A stretch of DNA of 64,000 bases from Deltaproteobacteria bacterium (GTDB lineage Bacteria > Desulfobacterota > Desulfuromonadia > Geobacterales > Pseudopelobacteraceae). The translations under genes were made by a program, and so were the position numbers. Where the stretch lies: assembly GCA_021781535.1 (NCBI GenBank), contig JAJXWO010000011.1, positions 13,877 through 77,876 of the forward strand. The letters are read 5' to 3'. Under the pieces are notes generated by a model that was not told the DNA's origin, searched no databases, and saw only the letters and a program-made list of their open reading frames with translations. Shown piece after piece: positions 28,528 through 38,543 of this stretch (its first letter is position 1; each line of letters opens with the position of its first letter).

Positions 28528-28565
28528 AAGCGGGTTCACAGAATTTGTGAAACCCGCTTTTTTTT
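28528..28565 (+). terminator. intrinsic terminator after ispE-tRNA-Gln
   Basis: A 12-bp stem AAGCGGGTTCAC / GTGAAACCCGCTT (one bulge) is followed by a T8 run. Confidence 0.85.
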
Positions 28566-28773
28566 ATGTCAATTGGGGAAATTGCAGTCAGGTAATCTCT
28601 TTATTTGAAGATCTGGATAGATTGACATCAGCATCTTTCGTGGTATCTGATGCTGAAGTTGAAATATTTAAGGTTCATCTAGTTGAGCTTCTTCATTTCC
28701 AATGTATATTTAATCTGTGAGATATTGTTGCCTGACAGGAAGTTACAGGTTTTCTTCAGGGGAGGTGAATCAC

Positions 28774-29043
28774 ATGGAGAGCCAGAAGAGACTGCATTCC
28801 AGAACAAAATATTATACATACTGTCTCGTTATTTGCCGTGATGGTAATGCCTATGATGCTCTGCTCGGTGACCTATCACTCGGTGGAGCCTTGGTAAGGG
28901 TAAACAGTGATACTCACTTACAGGTTGGTGACTTGTGTGAATTGATGTTGAGTGATAAGCCGGCGTTATTTCCTTTAAAACGCACCGGCAAAATCGTAAG
29001 GTTTGAGCCTGAAAATTACATAGGGGTCAGTTTTATATCGTGA
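28774..29043 (+). CDS. single-domain PilZ protein (c-di-GMP receptor type)
   Basis: 89 aa from the ATG at 28774, preceded by GGGGAGG. Both PilZ signature motifs are intact: RLHSR (RxxxR) and DLSLGG (DxSxxG). Confidence 0.8.
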   Translation: MESQKRLHSRTKYYTYCLVICRDGNAYDALLGDLSLGGALVRVNSDTHLQVGDLCELMLSDKPALFPLKRTGKIVRFEPENYIGVSFIS

Positions 29044-29057
29044 GAGAGGTAAATCTT

Positions 29058-29336
29058 ATGGATAATCGAAGAGAATATACCAGAGTCGAGTGTGATTCAG
29101 AGTGCATCCTAATGGAAATTGATGGCGATACCTATAGTGCATTACTTGAGGATCTTTCTCTCGGAGGTGCATTGATTACCATGAGAAGCGGTACCCCTAG
29201 CCTACACGTTGGAGATGCATGCAGCTTGATGTTATGTAGCGACCCAGGTTCATGTCCTACAAAACATTTCTGTCGGGTCGTCAGGCATGGTTCAGCAAAA
29301 ATAGGTGTTACTTTTCTCACAACGAGAGATCAATAA
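29058..29336 (+). CDS. single-domain PilZ protein, paralog of the preceding gene
   Basis: 92 aa from the ATG at 29058 (SD GAGAGG). The motifs REYTR (RxxxR) and DLSLGG (DxSxxG) are intact. It shares the core Y(D/S)ALL(G/E)DLSLGGAL with its neighbour. Confidence 0.8.
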   Translation: MDNRREYTRVECDSECILMEIDGDTYSALLEDLSLGGALITMRSGTPSLHVGDACSLMLCSDPGSCPTKHFCRVVRHGSAKIGVTFLTTRDQ

Positions 29337-29542
29337 TTTTCTCTTAAAGTATGGAGTTGTAGCCTAGTAAGGATGTATCCTTCCATCCTACATTCATGCT
29401 GCTATTAGACCCTTTATTGCACTGCTTCTGGTTTTTTTCTATGCATGAAAATCCATTTAACTTTCCTGCCGCATCAATATATGCAAACAGTTACCTTTCT
29501 CTACTCGATCAATAACGAGTCTGCTCGATAGGAGGCAAAAAA

Positions 29543-29731
29543 GTGATAACTGATTATCAAATAGTCTACGGACATGATATTTGGGTTTTACAAACCAAAG
29601 TAAGAGAGTTGCTGGCTGATGGATGGCAACCATTCAACCAATTACAAATGTCCATGCCGGTACAAGACGACAAGATTACTCCATGTTTTGCACAGGTTAT
29701 GGTAAAAGTAGATAGGATCGCTACACGATAG
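29543..29731 (+). CDS. small hypothetical protein, DUF1737-like
   Basis: 62 aa with a GTG start preceded by TAGGAGG. The pattern YQIV...LQTKVRELLADGWQP...FAQVMVK resembles my recollection of DUF1737 (Y.V....L...VN..I..GW.P.GG....YYQAM.K). This was not verified by search. Confidence 0.5.
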   Translation: MITDYQIVYGHDIWVLQTKVRELLADGWQPFNQLQMSMPVQDDKITPCFAQVMVKVDRIATR

Positions 29732-29947
29732 CTATATGCCGTTAGAATTTGTACCAACGAATAGCTGTACTCGAAGTCAACGCCATGACAGGTAACTGTC
29801 TTAGATTTTACCTTATAAATGGACAAGTAGCTTCATAATGCAAGCTGACGCATGGCAAAATAAAGACTATTTTTGTGCAACTGTGTATAGTAACCGATAT
29901 ATTACATTTTAAAGTTATTACTAGCAATATGGCAAGGATCCGGCAGC

Positions 29948-31792
29948 GTGTTTATAAACCTCGTTTCAATTCACCCCTACCCTTCTCCACAATCAATTCC
30001 ATTGGCAAACGCCTTTCTTAAGGCATATGCAATTAACAGCGCTGTGCCGATAAATTTGATTGACTTCTTTCTGGGGGATGATGCCGCTGACTGCGCACTG
30101 GCACTTACCACCCCCGCCCCCGTCGCAATCGGTTTTTCGATGTATGTATGGAATCATGATCTTAGTTGTGAAATTGCTACCCTACTACGGCGCAATCAGC
30201 CTGATATCAAACTGTTCTGCGGAGGACCGGAAGTCACCGCTGATCCTAAATCAGTTTTAAATTTGGGGATCTTCGACTTTGTTATCACCGGCGAAGGAGA
30301 AGTCCCTTTTTTGTCGCTGTGCCACGCACTGAAAGAAAGTAGGAATTATTCAAAAATACCGGGGGTGATACTCCCCGATTCTTCCATACTTCCCCCCCCT
30401 CCCCCGATAACAAACCTTGATACAATACCATCTCCTTACTTGACGGGAATAATAGACACACATTCTAATCCCGGCATTCTCTGGCAATTATCGCGGGGTT
30501 GCAGTTTCACTTGTGATTTTTGTTTTGATTCGCGCGGAATCCATGGTGTGAGACATTTTTCGCTGGAAAGAATCAAATCGGAGTTACAGCATTTTGCCGC
30601 AACCGGAGTTTCACAGATATTTGTGCTTGATTCAACTTTTAACTTAAATCCGGATCGTGCAAAAAACATCCTGAAAATGATCAGAATCCACGCTCCAAAC
30701 ATTCACTTTCATTTTGAGGTTCGTAATGAATTGATTGATCGTGAAATGGCAGAACTCTTTGCACAGATTGCATGCTCGTTGCAAATTGGACTACAGAGCG
30801 CAGATCGAGAGGTTCTTAAGTTGGTTGGGCGGTCATTCAATAAAACTGAATTTACTGCAAAGGTCGGATTATTGAACAAGAGCGGAGCGGTATTCGGCTT
30901 TGACCTGATTTATGGGTTGCCTGGCGACACGCTGGATGGTTTTCGTCGCAGCCTAAATTACGCGCTGTCACTTTACCCGAACCATCTTGATATATTTCCA
31001 CTTGCAGTACTACCAGGAACAACGCTGGCATCTAACGGAAAATCTTTAAATTTGTGCTGGAATCCAAGCCCACCCTATATACTTGAATCGACTGACAGTT
31101 TCAGCACGGCTGATATGGCCGTTGCTGCCGAACTGGCTAACGCATGCGATGTTTTTTATACTCGTGGAAAAGCGGTCGCATGGTTTAATGCCATCGTCGT
31201 CGTCCTTGGTTTGAAGCCATCGGATTTGTTACAGAAGTTTAGTCGTTGGCTGATTGATCACAGAGGACATTCGACAAAGGAATTTGATTTCAGCGATGAT
31301 GATATTGGCGAAATGCAGCAGCTCTTTCTAAGACAGCTCTTCACCAACAAAAAAGTAAATCGTTTTTTGCCTCTTGTGCTTGATCTGGTAAACTATCACC
31401 GTCTGTATGCTGCGGCACTGCTTGCGCCGCTGTCGGAACCCGGCAAAGATTCCCATCTACCCAGTAATGTAGATAATGTTCGTTTCAGACTTGATCCGTC
31501 AACTAAACTCGCTAATTTTACGTATGAAATTACTGAGCTTCTGAATTACGGAGAACCACAGATACACAGGATGTACGACAACCTCTCTCAATCGGGTTCT
31601 CATGCTGTTGTCTACCGTAATGATGGCATGGTTTGCACTGAATCACTCGATGCCGCCTACATCCTCCTGCTGGAGCAGATACGGGACAGGGGCGGCAAAA
31701 TCAATATACCTGAAACAGGCCTTACTAAAGATGAAATTCATGATTTTCTAGTATTTGCTCTCCAGGAAAAATTTCTTGTGAAAATTGGATAG
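29948..31792 (+). CDS. B12-binding-domain-type radical SAM protein with a long C-terminal extension (DUF4080-like architecture)
   Basis: 614 aa. It has an N-terminal Rossmann-like region, the radical SAM cluster motif SRGCSFTCDFCFD (CxxxCxxC), and about 250 aa of C-terminal domain of unknown function. Confidence 0.8.
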   Translation: MFINLVSIHPYPSPQSIPLANAFLKAYAINSAVPINLIDFFLGDDAADCALALTTPAPVAIGFSMYVWNHDLSCEIATLLRRNQPDIKLFCGGPEVTADPKSVLNLGIFDFVITGEGEVPFLSLCHALKESRNYSKIPGVILPDSSILPPPPPITNLDTIPSPYLTGIIDTHSNPGILWQLSRGCSFTCDFCFDSRGIHGVRHFSLERIKSELQHFAATGVSQIFVLDSTFNLNPDRAKNILKMIRIHAPNIHFHFEVRNELIDREMAELFAQIACSLQIGLQSADREVLKLVGRSFNKTEFTAKVGLLNKSGAVFGFDLIYGLPGDTLDGFRRSLNYALSLYPNHLDIFPLAVLPGTTLASNGKSLNLCWNPSPPYILESTDSFSTADMAVAAELANACDVFYTRGKAVAWFNAIVVVLGLKPSDLLQKFSRWLIDHRGHSTKEFDFSDDDIGEMQQLFLRQLFTNKKVNRFLPLVLDLVNYHRLYAAALLAPLSEPGKDSHLPSNVDNVRFRLDPSTKLANFTYEITELLNYGEPQIHRMYDNLSQSGSHAVVYRNDGMVCTESLDAAYILLLEQIRDRGGKINIPETGLTKDEIHDFLVFALQEKFLVKIG

Positions 31793-31843
31793 AACGAAGT
31801 AGCAAGTTCCGCTATTTCTCTTTACACTGTGAATTGAAAGAAG

Positions 31844-31872
31844 TTGCATTCTGGTGAAATTTTTAGTATATC
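31844..31872 (+). promoter_or_regulatory. candidate sigma-70 promoter for prs
   Basis: TTGCAT (31844-31849), a 17-nt spacer, then TATATC (31867-31872). This is a sequence match only. Confidence 0.25.
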
Positions 31873-31932
31873 TCTCTTTTCTTTAGCGCGCGTTTTTTAC
31901 GCTGTTCACATTTTGAAAGGTGTTTGATCGTC

Positions 31933-32877
31933 ATGCACGATAAAATTAAAGTATTTTCCGGCAATTCAAACCCGGATCTGGCCCAGAGAATATGTGACAG
32001 TCTTGGTGTTCCACTTGGCGCAGCTCGAGTGCGGCGCTTTTCCGATGGTGAGGTTTTAGTAGAAATCGGGGAGAATGTTCGCGGTCGTGATGTGTATGTT
32101 GTCCAGTCAACCTGTGCACCGACCAATGACAACCTGATGGAATTACTTGTTATTACCGATGCATTGAAGCGAGCATCGGCAGCCACCATAACAGCGGTAA
32201 TTCCCTATTATGGCTACGCCCGCCAGGATCGCAAAGCGGCACCCCGCACCCCGATCACTGCCAAGCTTGTTGCAGATTTGATAACAACAGCTGGCGTCAA
32301 CAGGGTTGTCACTATTGACCTGCACGCTGGACAAATCCAGGGTTTCTTCAATATCCCGGTTGATAACCTCTACGCTGCACCGGTTATTCTTGATTACCTT
32401 AAAGACCGCTTTAAAGGTGAACAAGTTGTCATGGTTTCTCCTGACGCGGGTGGTACCGAAAGAGCCCGTGCGTTTGCCAAACGCCTGGAATATTCACTTG
32501 CAGTAATTGATAAGCGCCGTACCGGTCCCAATGTAGCAGAAGTTATGCACCTAATCGGGGATGTTCGCGATAAAATTACTATAATCCTCGATGATATGAT
32601 TGACACTGCCGGCACCCTGACGCAAGCGGCCAAAGCACTCAAAGCAAACGGCGCCAAAGCTGTCTACGCCTGTGCCACACATGGAGTGTTGTCAGGCCCT
32701 GCCATAGATCGCATTAATTCGTCGGATATTGAAGAGATTGTATTGACAGACACAATCCCTGGCGGCACTCGTGATGAAGTAACTTCCAAAATAAGGATAC
32801 TCTCTGTGGCTGACCTCTTGGCCGAAGCAATCCGACGTATTCACGAGGATGAATCTGTAAGTTCGTTGTTTGTATAG
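31933..32877 (+). CDS. prs: ribose-phosphate pyrophosphokinase
   Basis: It starts [17 protein letters not shown] and carries [11 protein letters not shown] and the PRPP-binding loop [12 protein letters not shown]. The ATG at 31933 is preferred over the TTG at 31924. Confidence 0.95.
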   Translation: MHDKIKVFSGNSNPDLAQRICDSLGVPLGAARVRRFSDGEVLVEIGENVRGRDVYVVQSTCAPTNDNLMELLVITDALKRASAATITAVIPYYGYARQDRKAAPRTPITAKLVADLITTAGVNRVVTIDLHAGQIQGFFNIPVDNLYAAPVILDYLKDRFKGEQVVMVSPDAGGTERARAFAKRLEYSLAVIDKRRTGPNVAEVMHLIGDVRDKITIILDDMIDTAGTLTQAAKALKANGAKAVYACATHGVLSGPAIDRINSSDIEEIVLTDTIPGGTRDEVTSKIRILSVADLLAEAIRRIHEDESVSSLFV

Positions 32878-32939
32878 TACCTAAATATATCGATTATGAA
32901 TAGGACGGGATTGACCCGTCACTACACGTGGAGGAACGT

Positions 32940-33551
32940 ATGCAACAGAAACAAATGAATATTGAACTGCGCACCAAGACCGGTACAGGCGTAAGCCGAA
33001 GACTTCGTAATGCGGACATGATACCGGGTGTCGTTTACGGCAAGGGTCTTGATCCGGTGGCGGTCAGCATCAAATACCGTGATTTGCAGGCAGCCATTTC
33101 CGGTGCAGGTGGACAGAACAACCTGATCACTTTGGTTGGCGGCGGAAGCTTGGATCAGAATATTGCAATTGTTGTAGATATTCAACGTGATCCAATTAAA
33201 CGTACCGTCAAGCATGTTGACCTCCATCGCATCAATCCCAATGAGAAACTCCGGATCACCGTCCCGGTTGTTTTGACAGGCACCGCAATAGGCGTGAAGG
33301 AAGGCGGGTTGCTCGATCTGGGTCACCACGAATTGCACATTGAATGCCTTCCAGGAAACATCCCTGACAGCATTACCATTGACGTCTCTGAGCTCAAAAT
33401 AGCTCACTCAATTCATGTTGGCGATATTCAACTTCCTGATGGTATCGTTATTCTTGATCAGCCCAAGATTCCTGTTGTCAGCGTTCTTGGCAGAGTCAAG
33501 GAAGAAGCAGCAGAAGTATCTCCGGCCACCGGTAGCATAGCAGCTTCATAA
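32940..33551 (+). CDS. rplY: 50S ribosomal protein L25 / general stress protein Ctc form
   Basis: About 203 aa, long (Ctc) form, in the conserved prs-ctc-pth context. The start is set at the ATG at 32940, preceded by GGAGG. Confidence 0.9.
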   Translation: MQQKQMNIELRTKTGTGVSRRLRNADMIPGVVYGKGLDPVAVSIKYRDLQAAISGAGGQNNLITLVGGGSLDQNIAIVVDIQRDPIKRTVKHVDLHRINPNEKLRITVPVVLTGTAIGVKEGGLLDLGHHELHIECLPGNIPDSITIDVSELKIAHSIHVGDIQLPDGIVILDQPKIPVVSVLGRVKEEAAEVSPATGSIAAS

Positions 33552-33556
33552 TTGAC

Positions 33557-34138
33557 ATGAGTACCTATATAGTTGCGGGGCTGGGCAATCCCGGCCCCAC
33601 TTATCAATGGACCCGCCATAATGCGGGTTTTCTTTTTTTGGACCGTCTTGCACATCTGGAAAATATCTCTATTTCCAAAAAAGCTTTTTCAGGTTTTTGT
33701 GGAGAATGGAATTGTGCCGGACACCGGTTGATACTGCTTAAACCGCAGACGTTCATGAATCTGTCAGGAAATGCTATCAGACAGTCTCTTCAGTTCTATA
33801 AGCTTCCTGTTTCGAACCTGATTGTCATTCACGATGAGCTTGATCTCCCATTTGGCACCGTGCGATTTAAGCTTGGAGGTGGTCATGGCGGGCACAATGG
33901 ATTACGCTCCATAATGGAAAACCTGGGCAAAGGTGACTTTATTAGACTTCGAATAGGAATCGGAAAATCACCGCACGGAGATACAACCGGTCATGTCCTT
34001 GGAAACATCCCCCCCCTTCAAATGGAAGGACTTTCGCGGGTACTTGACGGCGGCATAGAAATGCTTGAAGTAATGCTTAAAGAAGGGCTACCTAAATCAA
34101 TGAGTATCTTTAATAACAAGAATTTTCTGGAAGGATAG
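33557..34138 (+). CDS. pth: peptidyl-tRNA hydrolase
   Basis: 193 aa. It carries GLGNPG...Y..TRHNAGF and the HDELDLPFG motif. Confidence 0.92.
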   Translation: MSTYIVAGLGNPGPTYQWTRHNAGFLFLDRLAHLENISISKKAFSGFCGEWNCAGHRLILLKPQTFMNLSGNAIRQSLQFYKLPVSNLIVIHDELDLPFGTVRFKLGGGHGGHNGLRSIMENLGKGDFIRLRIGIGKSPHGDTTGHVLGNIPPLQMEGLSRVLDGGIEMLEVMLKEGLPKSMSIFNNKNFLEG

Positions 34139-34142
34139 ATAT

Positions 34143-35237
34143 ATGGGTTTTAACTGCGGAATCGTCGGACTGCCGAATGTTGGCAAATCTACCATATTTA
34201 ACGCTCTGACCTCAGCCGGGGCCGAATCGGCAAATTACCCATTTTGCACAATTGAACCGAACGTTGGAATTGTTCAGGTACCTGACCCGCGCATGGATCA
34301 ATTGTCCTTAATCGTCAAGCCCCAAAAAATACAGCCAACGACAATTGAATTTGTTGATATTGCTGGCCTGGTCAAGGGAGCGAGCCAGGGTGAAGGTCTT
34401 GGAAACCAGTTTCTGGGACATATACGCAGTGTCGATGCAATCGTTCATGTCGTACGCTGTTTTGATGATGATAATATTGTCCATGTCAATGGACGCGTTT
34501 CACCGGCTGATGATATTGAGGTCATCAATACAGAGCTTGCTCTTGCAGACCTTGATACAATAGAAAAGAAATTACAGCGGGCAGAAAAAATGTCGCGGAG
34601 CGGGGATAAAAAAGCAAAAGAAGAAGCTGATTTTTATCTCCGGGTCAGAAACCTTCTCGAACAGGTCAAAAAGCTGCAAGGAGTTGCCCAGAGTGATGAC
34701 GAAAAAATCTGGATGCGCGACCTGCATCTTCTAACTGACAAACCGGTGCTTTATGTTGCCAATGTAGCGGAAGACGACATGGAAGGCGGTCACCCCAATG
34801 TTGCCAAAGTTCGTGAAATTGCCGCGCTTGAAGGAGCCGGCGTTGTAGTCATCTGCGGTAAGCTTGAGGCAGAAATTGCTGAGCTGGACGGCCCTGAAAA
34901 GAAGGCTTTTCTTGATGATATGGGCCTAAAAGAAGCCGGCCTGGATCGTCTAATCCGGAATGGCTATGCACTATTGGGACTTATTACCTATTTTACCGCC
35001 GGTGTCAAAGAAGTTCGCGCCTGGACTATTGTCGACGGCACCAAAGCCCCGCAGGCAGCAGGCGTGATTCATACTGATTTTGAAAAAGGATTCATTCGAG
35101 CTGAAGTCATCGGTTTTACTGATTACATAAATTGTAACGGAGAAGCTGGTGCTAAAGAAAAGGGATTAATGAGACTGGAAGGGAAAGAATATATAGTAAA
35201 AGATGGTGATGTCATGCATTTCCGCTTCAACGTATAA
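34143..35237 (+). CDS. ychF: redox-regulated ATPase YchF (Obg-family)
   Basis: 364 aa with the G1 motif [18 protein letters not shown] and the conserved C-terminus [11 protein letters not shown]. Confidence 0.95.
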   Translation: MGFNCGIVGLPNVGKSTIFNALTSAGAESANYPFCTIEPNVGIVQVPDPRMDQLSLIVKPQKIQPTTIEFVDIAGLVKGASQGEGLGNQFLGHIRSVDAIVHVVRCFDDDNIVHVNGRVSPADDIEVINTELALADLDTIEKKLQRAEKMSRSGDKKAKEEADFYLRVRNLLEQVKKLQGVAQSDDEKIWMRDLHLLTDKPVLYVANVAEDDMEGGHPNVAKVREIAALEGAGVVVICGKLEAEIAELDGPEKKAFLDDMGLKEAGLDRLIRNGYALLGLITYFTAGVKEVRAWTIVDGTKAPQAAGVIHTDFEKGFIRAEVIGFTDYINCNGEAGAKEKGLMRLEGKEYIVKDGDVMHFRFNV

Positions 35238-35274
35238 GTTGTACGATTACACTTGAATCAAATAATATGCACAC

Positions 35275-35304
35275 AAAAAACCCCGGTTCAGCCCGGGGTT
35301 TTTT
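35275..35304. terminator. bidirectional intrinsic terminator between ychF (+) and the csp gene (-)
   Basis: A6-CCCCGG-ttcagc-CCGGGG-T6. The stem is symmetric, with U-runs available on both strands. Confidence 0.85.
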
Positions 35305-35323
35305 GTGTTGGAATCCCACTTTG

Positions 35324-35524
35324 TTAAATCCGTGTAACGTTAGCAGCCTGAAGACCTTTTGGCCCCTTAACAATATCAAAATTAACCGCATCACCTTCAG
35401 CAAGAGACTTAAATCCCTCACCAGAGATTGCCGAGAAGTGAACAAAAATATCCTCCCCCTGCTCCTGTTCAAGAAAACCAAATCCTTTACTGTCGTTAAA
35501 CCATTTAACTCTGCCTGTTGTCAT
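35324..35524 (-). CDS. cold-shock protein (CspA family)
   Basis: 66 aa. [20 protein letters not shown]...DIFVHFSAI contains the RNP1/RNP2 motifs. Confidence 0.95.
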   Translation of the reverse strand: MTTGRVKWFNDSKGFGFLEQEQGEDIFVHFSAISGEGFKSLAEGDAVNFDIVKGPKGLQAANVTRI

Positions 35525-35805
35525 GCTGCGGCTCCTTTATTTTACCTCATGAAATGCACTCACGATAGCGTAAGTGTCCACAAAACAGTTACAAGCAACT
35601 ATAATCTCGTGACTTGAATTTTTTTTTCATACCATAATTTATTGACTTTGTATCTAAAAAACTTCTTGCTTTGTTTAATTTAGTATATTTCATATTAAAG
35701 TTACATCACATGTTTTGTTCGACCTTTTTTATTGAGCAGCACCCTGAGTTATGCTACTGTACAAAGCTATTTTATCAAATATTTAACCTGCGGGAGAAAA
35801 TAAAT

Positions 35806-38499
35806 ATGTTCAATTCCCTTGTAAAAAAGTTTATCGGCAGCAAGAACGAACGCGAACTTAAAAAAATGTGGCCAATTGTTTGGAAAATAAATTCACTTGA
35901 AGCTGCAATCTCCGCTCTTTCTGATGAACAGTTGGCCAATAAAACCCAGGAATTCAAGGAACGCCATGCACGGGGAGAATCTCTTGATTCATTGCTCCCT
36001 GAAGCGTTTGCTGTCTGTCGTGAGGCTGGCAAGAGAGTGCTTGGTATGCGCCATTTCGATGTCCAGTTGATAGGTGGCATGGTACTTCATTCGGGAAAAA
36101 TTGCCGAAATGAAAACCGGAGAGGGCAAAACACTGGTTGCCACCCTGCCCGCCTACCTTAATGCAATTTCCGGAAAAGGGGTCCACGTTATAACGGTAAA
36201 CGATTATCTGGCAAAACGTGACTCCGAATGGATGGGACGCTTGTACGGTTTTCTCGGCATGACAGTCGGTATTATTGTTCATGGTATTGAAGACGAGCAA
36301 CGTCGTATTAACTATGCTGCTGATATCACCTATGGAACTAACAACGAATTTGGCTTCGATTATTTGCGGGATAATATGAAGTTTGACCTTGAGGACTACG
36401 TTCAGCGCGGCTTTAACTATTCAATTGTAGACGAAGTTGACTCAATTCTTATCGATGAAGCTCGAACTCCGCTGATTATTTCAGGCCCAACTGAAGATTC
36501 AACCGATAAATACTATGTTATTAACGCCATTATTCCAAAATTGGAAAAAGGTGCAGTCGCCGAAGTCGAAGCAAATACGCTTTCCGGCAAACGTAAAGAG
36601 TATTCCGGTGACTACACCATTGATGAAAAAGCCAAGAGTTCCAGCTTGACCGAGCAGGGCGTTTTGAAGGTGGAGAAACTTTTAAAAATTGATAACCTGT
36701 ATGATCCGCGTAACATTGAAATTCTCCACCACGTCAACCAGGCTCTGCGCGCCCATGCCATGTACAAACGTGATGTGGATTATGTCGTGAAAGATGGCGA
36801 AGTCTTGATTGTCGATGAATTTACCGGCCGTCTTATGCCCGGTCGCCGCTGGTCTGATGGTCTGCACCAAGCGATAGAAGCCAAAGAAGGGGTCAAAATA
36901 GAAAACGAGAATCAGACCCTTGCGACGATCACCTTTCAGAACTATTTCCGCATGTACAGCAAACTATCCGGCATGACCGGTACTGCCGATACTGAAGCTG
37001 AAGAATTTCACAAGATATACAAACTGGATGTCTGTGTTATTCCAACCAATCGACCACTGCTTCGCCCGGATTTTCCGGACGTTATCTATAAAACCGAAAT
37101 GGAAAAGTTCAAAGCGGTTATTGAAGATATCAAAGAGCATTATGCTACAGGCCAACCCTGCCTTGTAGGAACCATTTCGATCGAAAAATCAGAAGTGTTG
37201 TCAGAATTATTGAAACGTCAGGGTATCCCACATAACGTTCTAAATGCCAAGCAACATGAACGGGAAGCAGAAATTGTATCTCAAGCCGGCCGTAAAGGCG
37301 CAATAACAATAGCTACCAACATGGCTGGACGCGGAACCGACATAGTATTGGGAGGCAACCCTGATGCTCTGGCCAAGCAGTGGCGACGACTTAATCCGGA
37401 AGCGACTGACGAGCAATATGAAGCCCAACTCGTCAAGTATACAACTGAATGTCTTGCCGAGCACGATGAAGTAGTTAAACTGGGTGGTCTTCATATTCTT
37501 GGAACGGAACGCCACGAATCTCGCCGTATTGACAACCAGCTACGTGGACGTTCCGGTCGTCAGGGAGACCCTGGGTCATCAAAATTCTACCTGTCACTGG
37601 AAGACGATCTGTTGCGTATTTTTGGATCCGAACGTGTTTCCAAGATTATGGATCTTCTCAAAATAGAGGAAGGTGAAGCGATTACTCACGGCATGATTTC
37701 ACGGTCAATTGAAAATGCTCAGAAAAAAGTAGAAGCACATAACTTTGATATCCGTAAACACCTTATTGAATATGATGATGTTATGAACAAACAACGCGAA
37801 GTGATTTATAGCCAGCGTCGCGAGATTTTGGGTGGCAAGGATATTCGCGGGAGTTTTGTGGAAATGCTGGATGATACTATTGAAGATATTACTTCATCCT
37901 ACGCAATTGACAAAGTTGCGCCGCACGAATGGGATTGGCAAGGGATAAGTGAAAGCATTTACAAATATTTCAATCTTCAGCTTGATCTGCCACAGGAAAT
38001 GATAAGCCGTCTGACACCTGTTAGTTTTCAAGATCTACTAAGCGAGCAGGCTCACACTATCTTTACGGCGCGAGTTGATGAGATGGGAGATGAACTCATC
38101 GACCACCTCATTAAAGTCATGATGTTACAGGCCATTGATTCCCACTGGAAAGATCACCTCCTCAATATTGACCACCTGAAGGAAGGTATCGGTCTGCGGG
38201 GTTATGGTCAGAAAGACCCCAAACAAGAATACAAGATCGAAGCCTATAAACTTTTCATGGAATTGATGTTTCATATTCGTGAGGAAGTAGTTGAACGTAT
38301 TTTTTGGGTTCAGGTAAATAATGAAGGTGAAGAAATCGAAGAGATTGAAGTGGAACAACGCAGCAAAAAACTGGTTTTCAATTTGGGAGACGGAGAAGAC
38401 CGGGCTCAGGAACCGGCCAAAAGCCAGAAAGTAGCTGGACGAAATGACGCCTGTCCGTGCGGAAGCGGCAAAAAATATAAAAAGTGTTGCGGGAAGTAA
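35806..38499 (+). CDS. secA: preprotein translocase ATPase SecA
   Basis: It starts [21 protein letters not shown] at the ATG at 35806. It has the Walker A motif MKTGEGKT, the DEAD-like motif VDEVDS, and the C-terminal zinc finger [14 protein letters not shown]. The 45-codon upstream extension in the ORF track is AT-rich and non-homologous. Confidence 0.95.
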   Translation: MFNSLVKKFIGSKNERELKKMWPIVWKINSLEAAISALSDEQLANKTQEFKERHARGESLDSLLPEAFAVCREAGKRVLGMRHFDVQLIGGMVLHSGKIAEMKTGEGKTLVATLPAYLNAISGKGVHVITVNDYLAKRDSEWMGRLYGFLGMTVGIIVHGIEDEQRRINYAADITYGTNNEFGFDYLRDNMKFDLEDYVQRGFNYSIVDEVDSILIDEARTPLIISGPTEDSTDKYYVINAIIPKLEKGAVAEVEANTLSGKRKEYSGDYTIDEKAKSSSLTEQGVLKVEKLLKIDNLYDPRNIEILHHVNQALRAHAMYKRDVDYVVKDGEVLIVDEFTGRLMPGRRWSDGLHQAIEAKEGVKIENENQTLATITFQNYFRMYSKLSGMTGTADTEAEEFHKIYKLDVCVIPTNRPLLRPDFPDVIYKTEMEKFKAVIEDIKEHYATGQPCLVGTISIEKSEVLSELLKRQGIPHNVLNAKQHEREAEIVSQAGRKGAITIATNMAGRGTDIVLGGNPDALAKQWRRLNPEATDEQYEAQLVKYTTECLAEHDEVVKLGGLHILGTERHESRRIDNQLRGRSGRQGDPGSSKFYLSLEDDLLRIFGSERVSKIMDLLKIEEGEAITHGMISRSIENAQKKVEAHNFDIRKHLIEYDDVMNKQREVIYSQRREILGGKDIRGSFVEMLDDTIEDITSSYAIDKVAPHEWDWQGISESIYKYFNLQLDLPQEMISRLTPVSFQDLLSEQAHTIFTARVDEMGDELIDHLIKVMMLQAIDSHWKDHLLNIDHLKEGIGLRGYGQKDPKQEYKIEAYKLFMELMFHIREEVVERIFWVQVNNEGEEIEEIEVEQRSKKLVFNLGDGEDRAQEPAKSQKVAGRNDACPCGSGKKYKKCCGK

Positions 38500-38543
38500 T
38501 GGTACGCCGGTAAACAGCTTGTCCTTTTAGGAGGTTTATCATA

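Noticed and set aside
28522-28773. A search for a c-di-GMP (GEMM) riboswitch upstream of the PilZ genes, and for an att-type repeat of the tRNA-Gln 3' end at the far side of the block (about 31793-31932).
   Set aside because: Neither was recognisable by eye. This is a negative by inspection only; Infernal and repeat-finder runs would be definitive.
30391-30405. A C8 plus C5 homopolymer tract (tCCCCCCCCtCCCCCg) inside the B12-type radical SAM gene, considered as a possible slipped-strand phase-variation site.
   Set aside because: It simply encodes PPPPP. An equally long C8 run occurs in the housekeeping pth gene (about 34008-34015), so such tracts are not special here.
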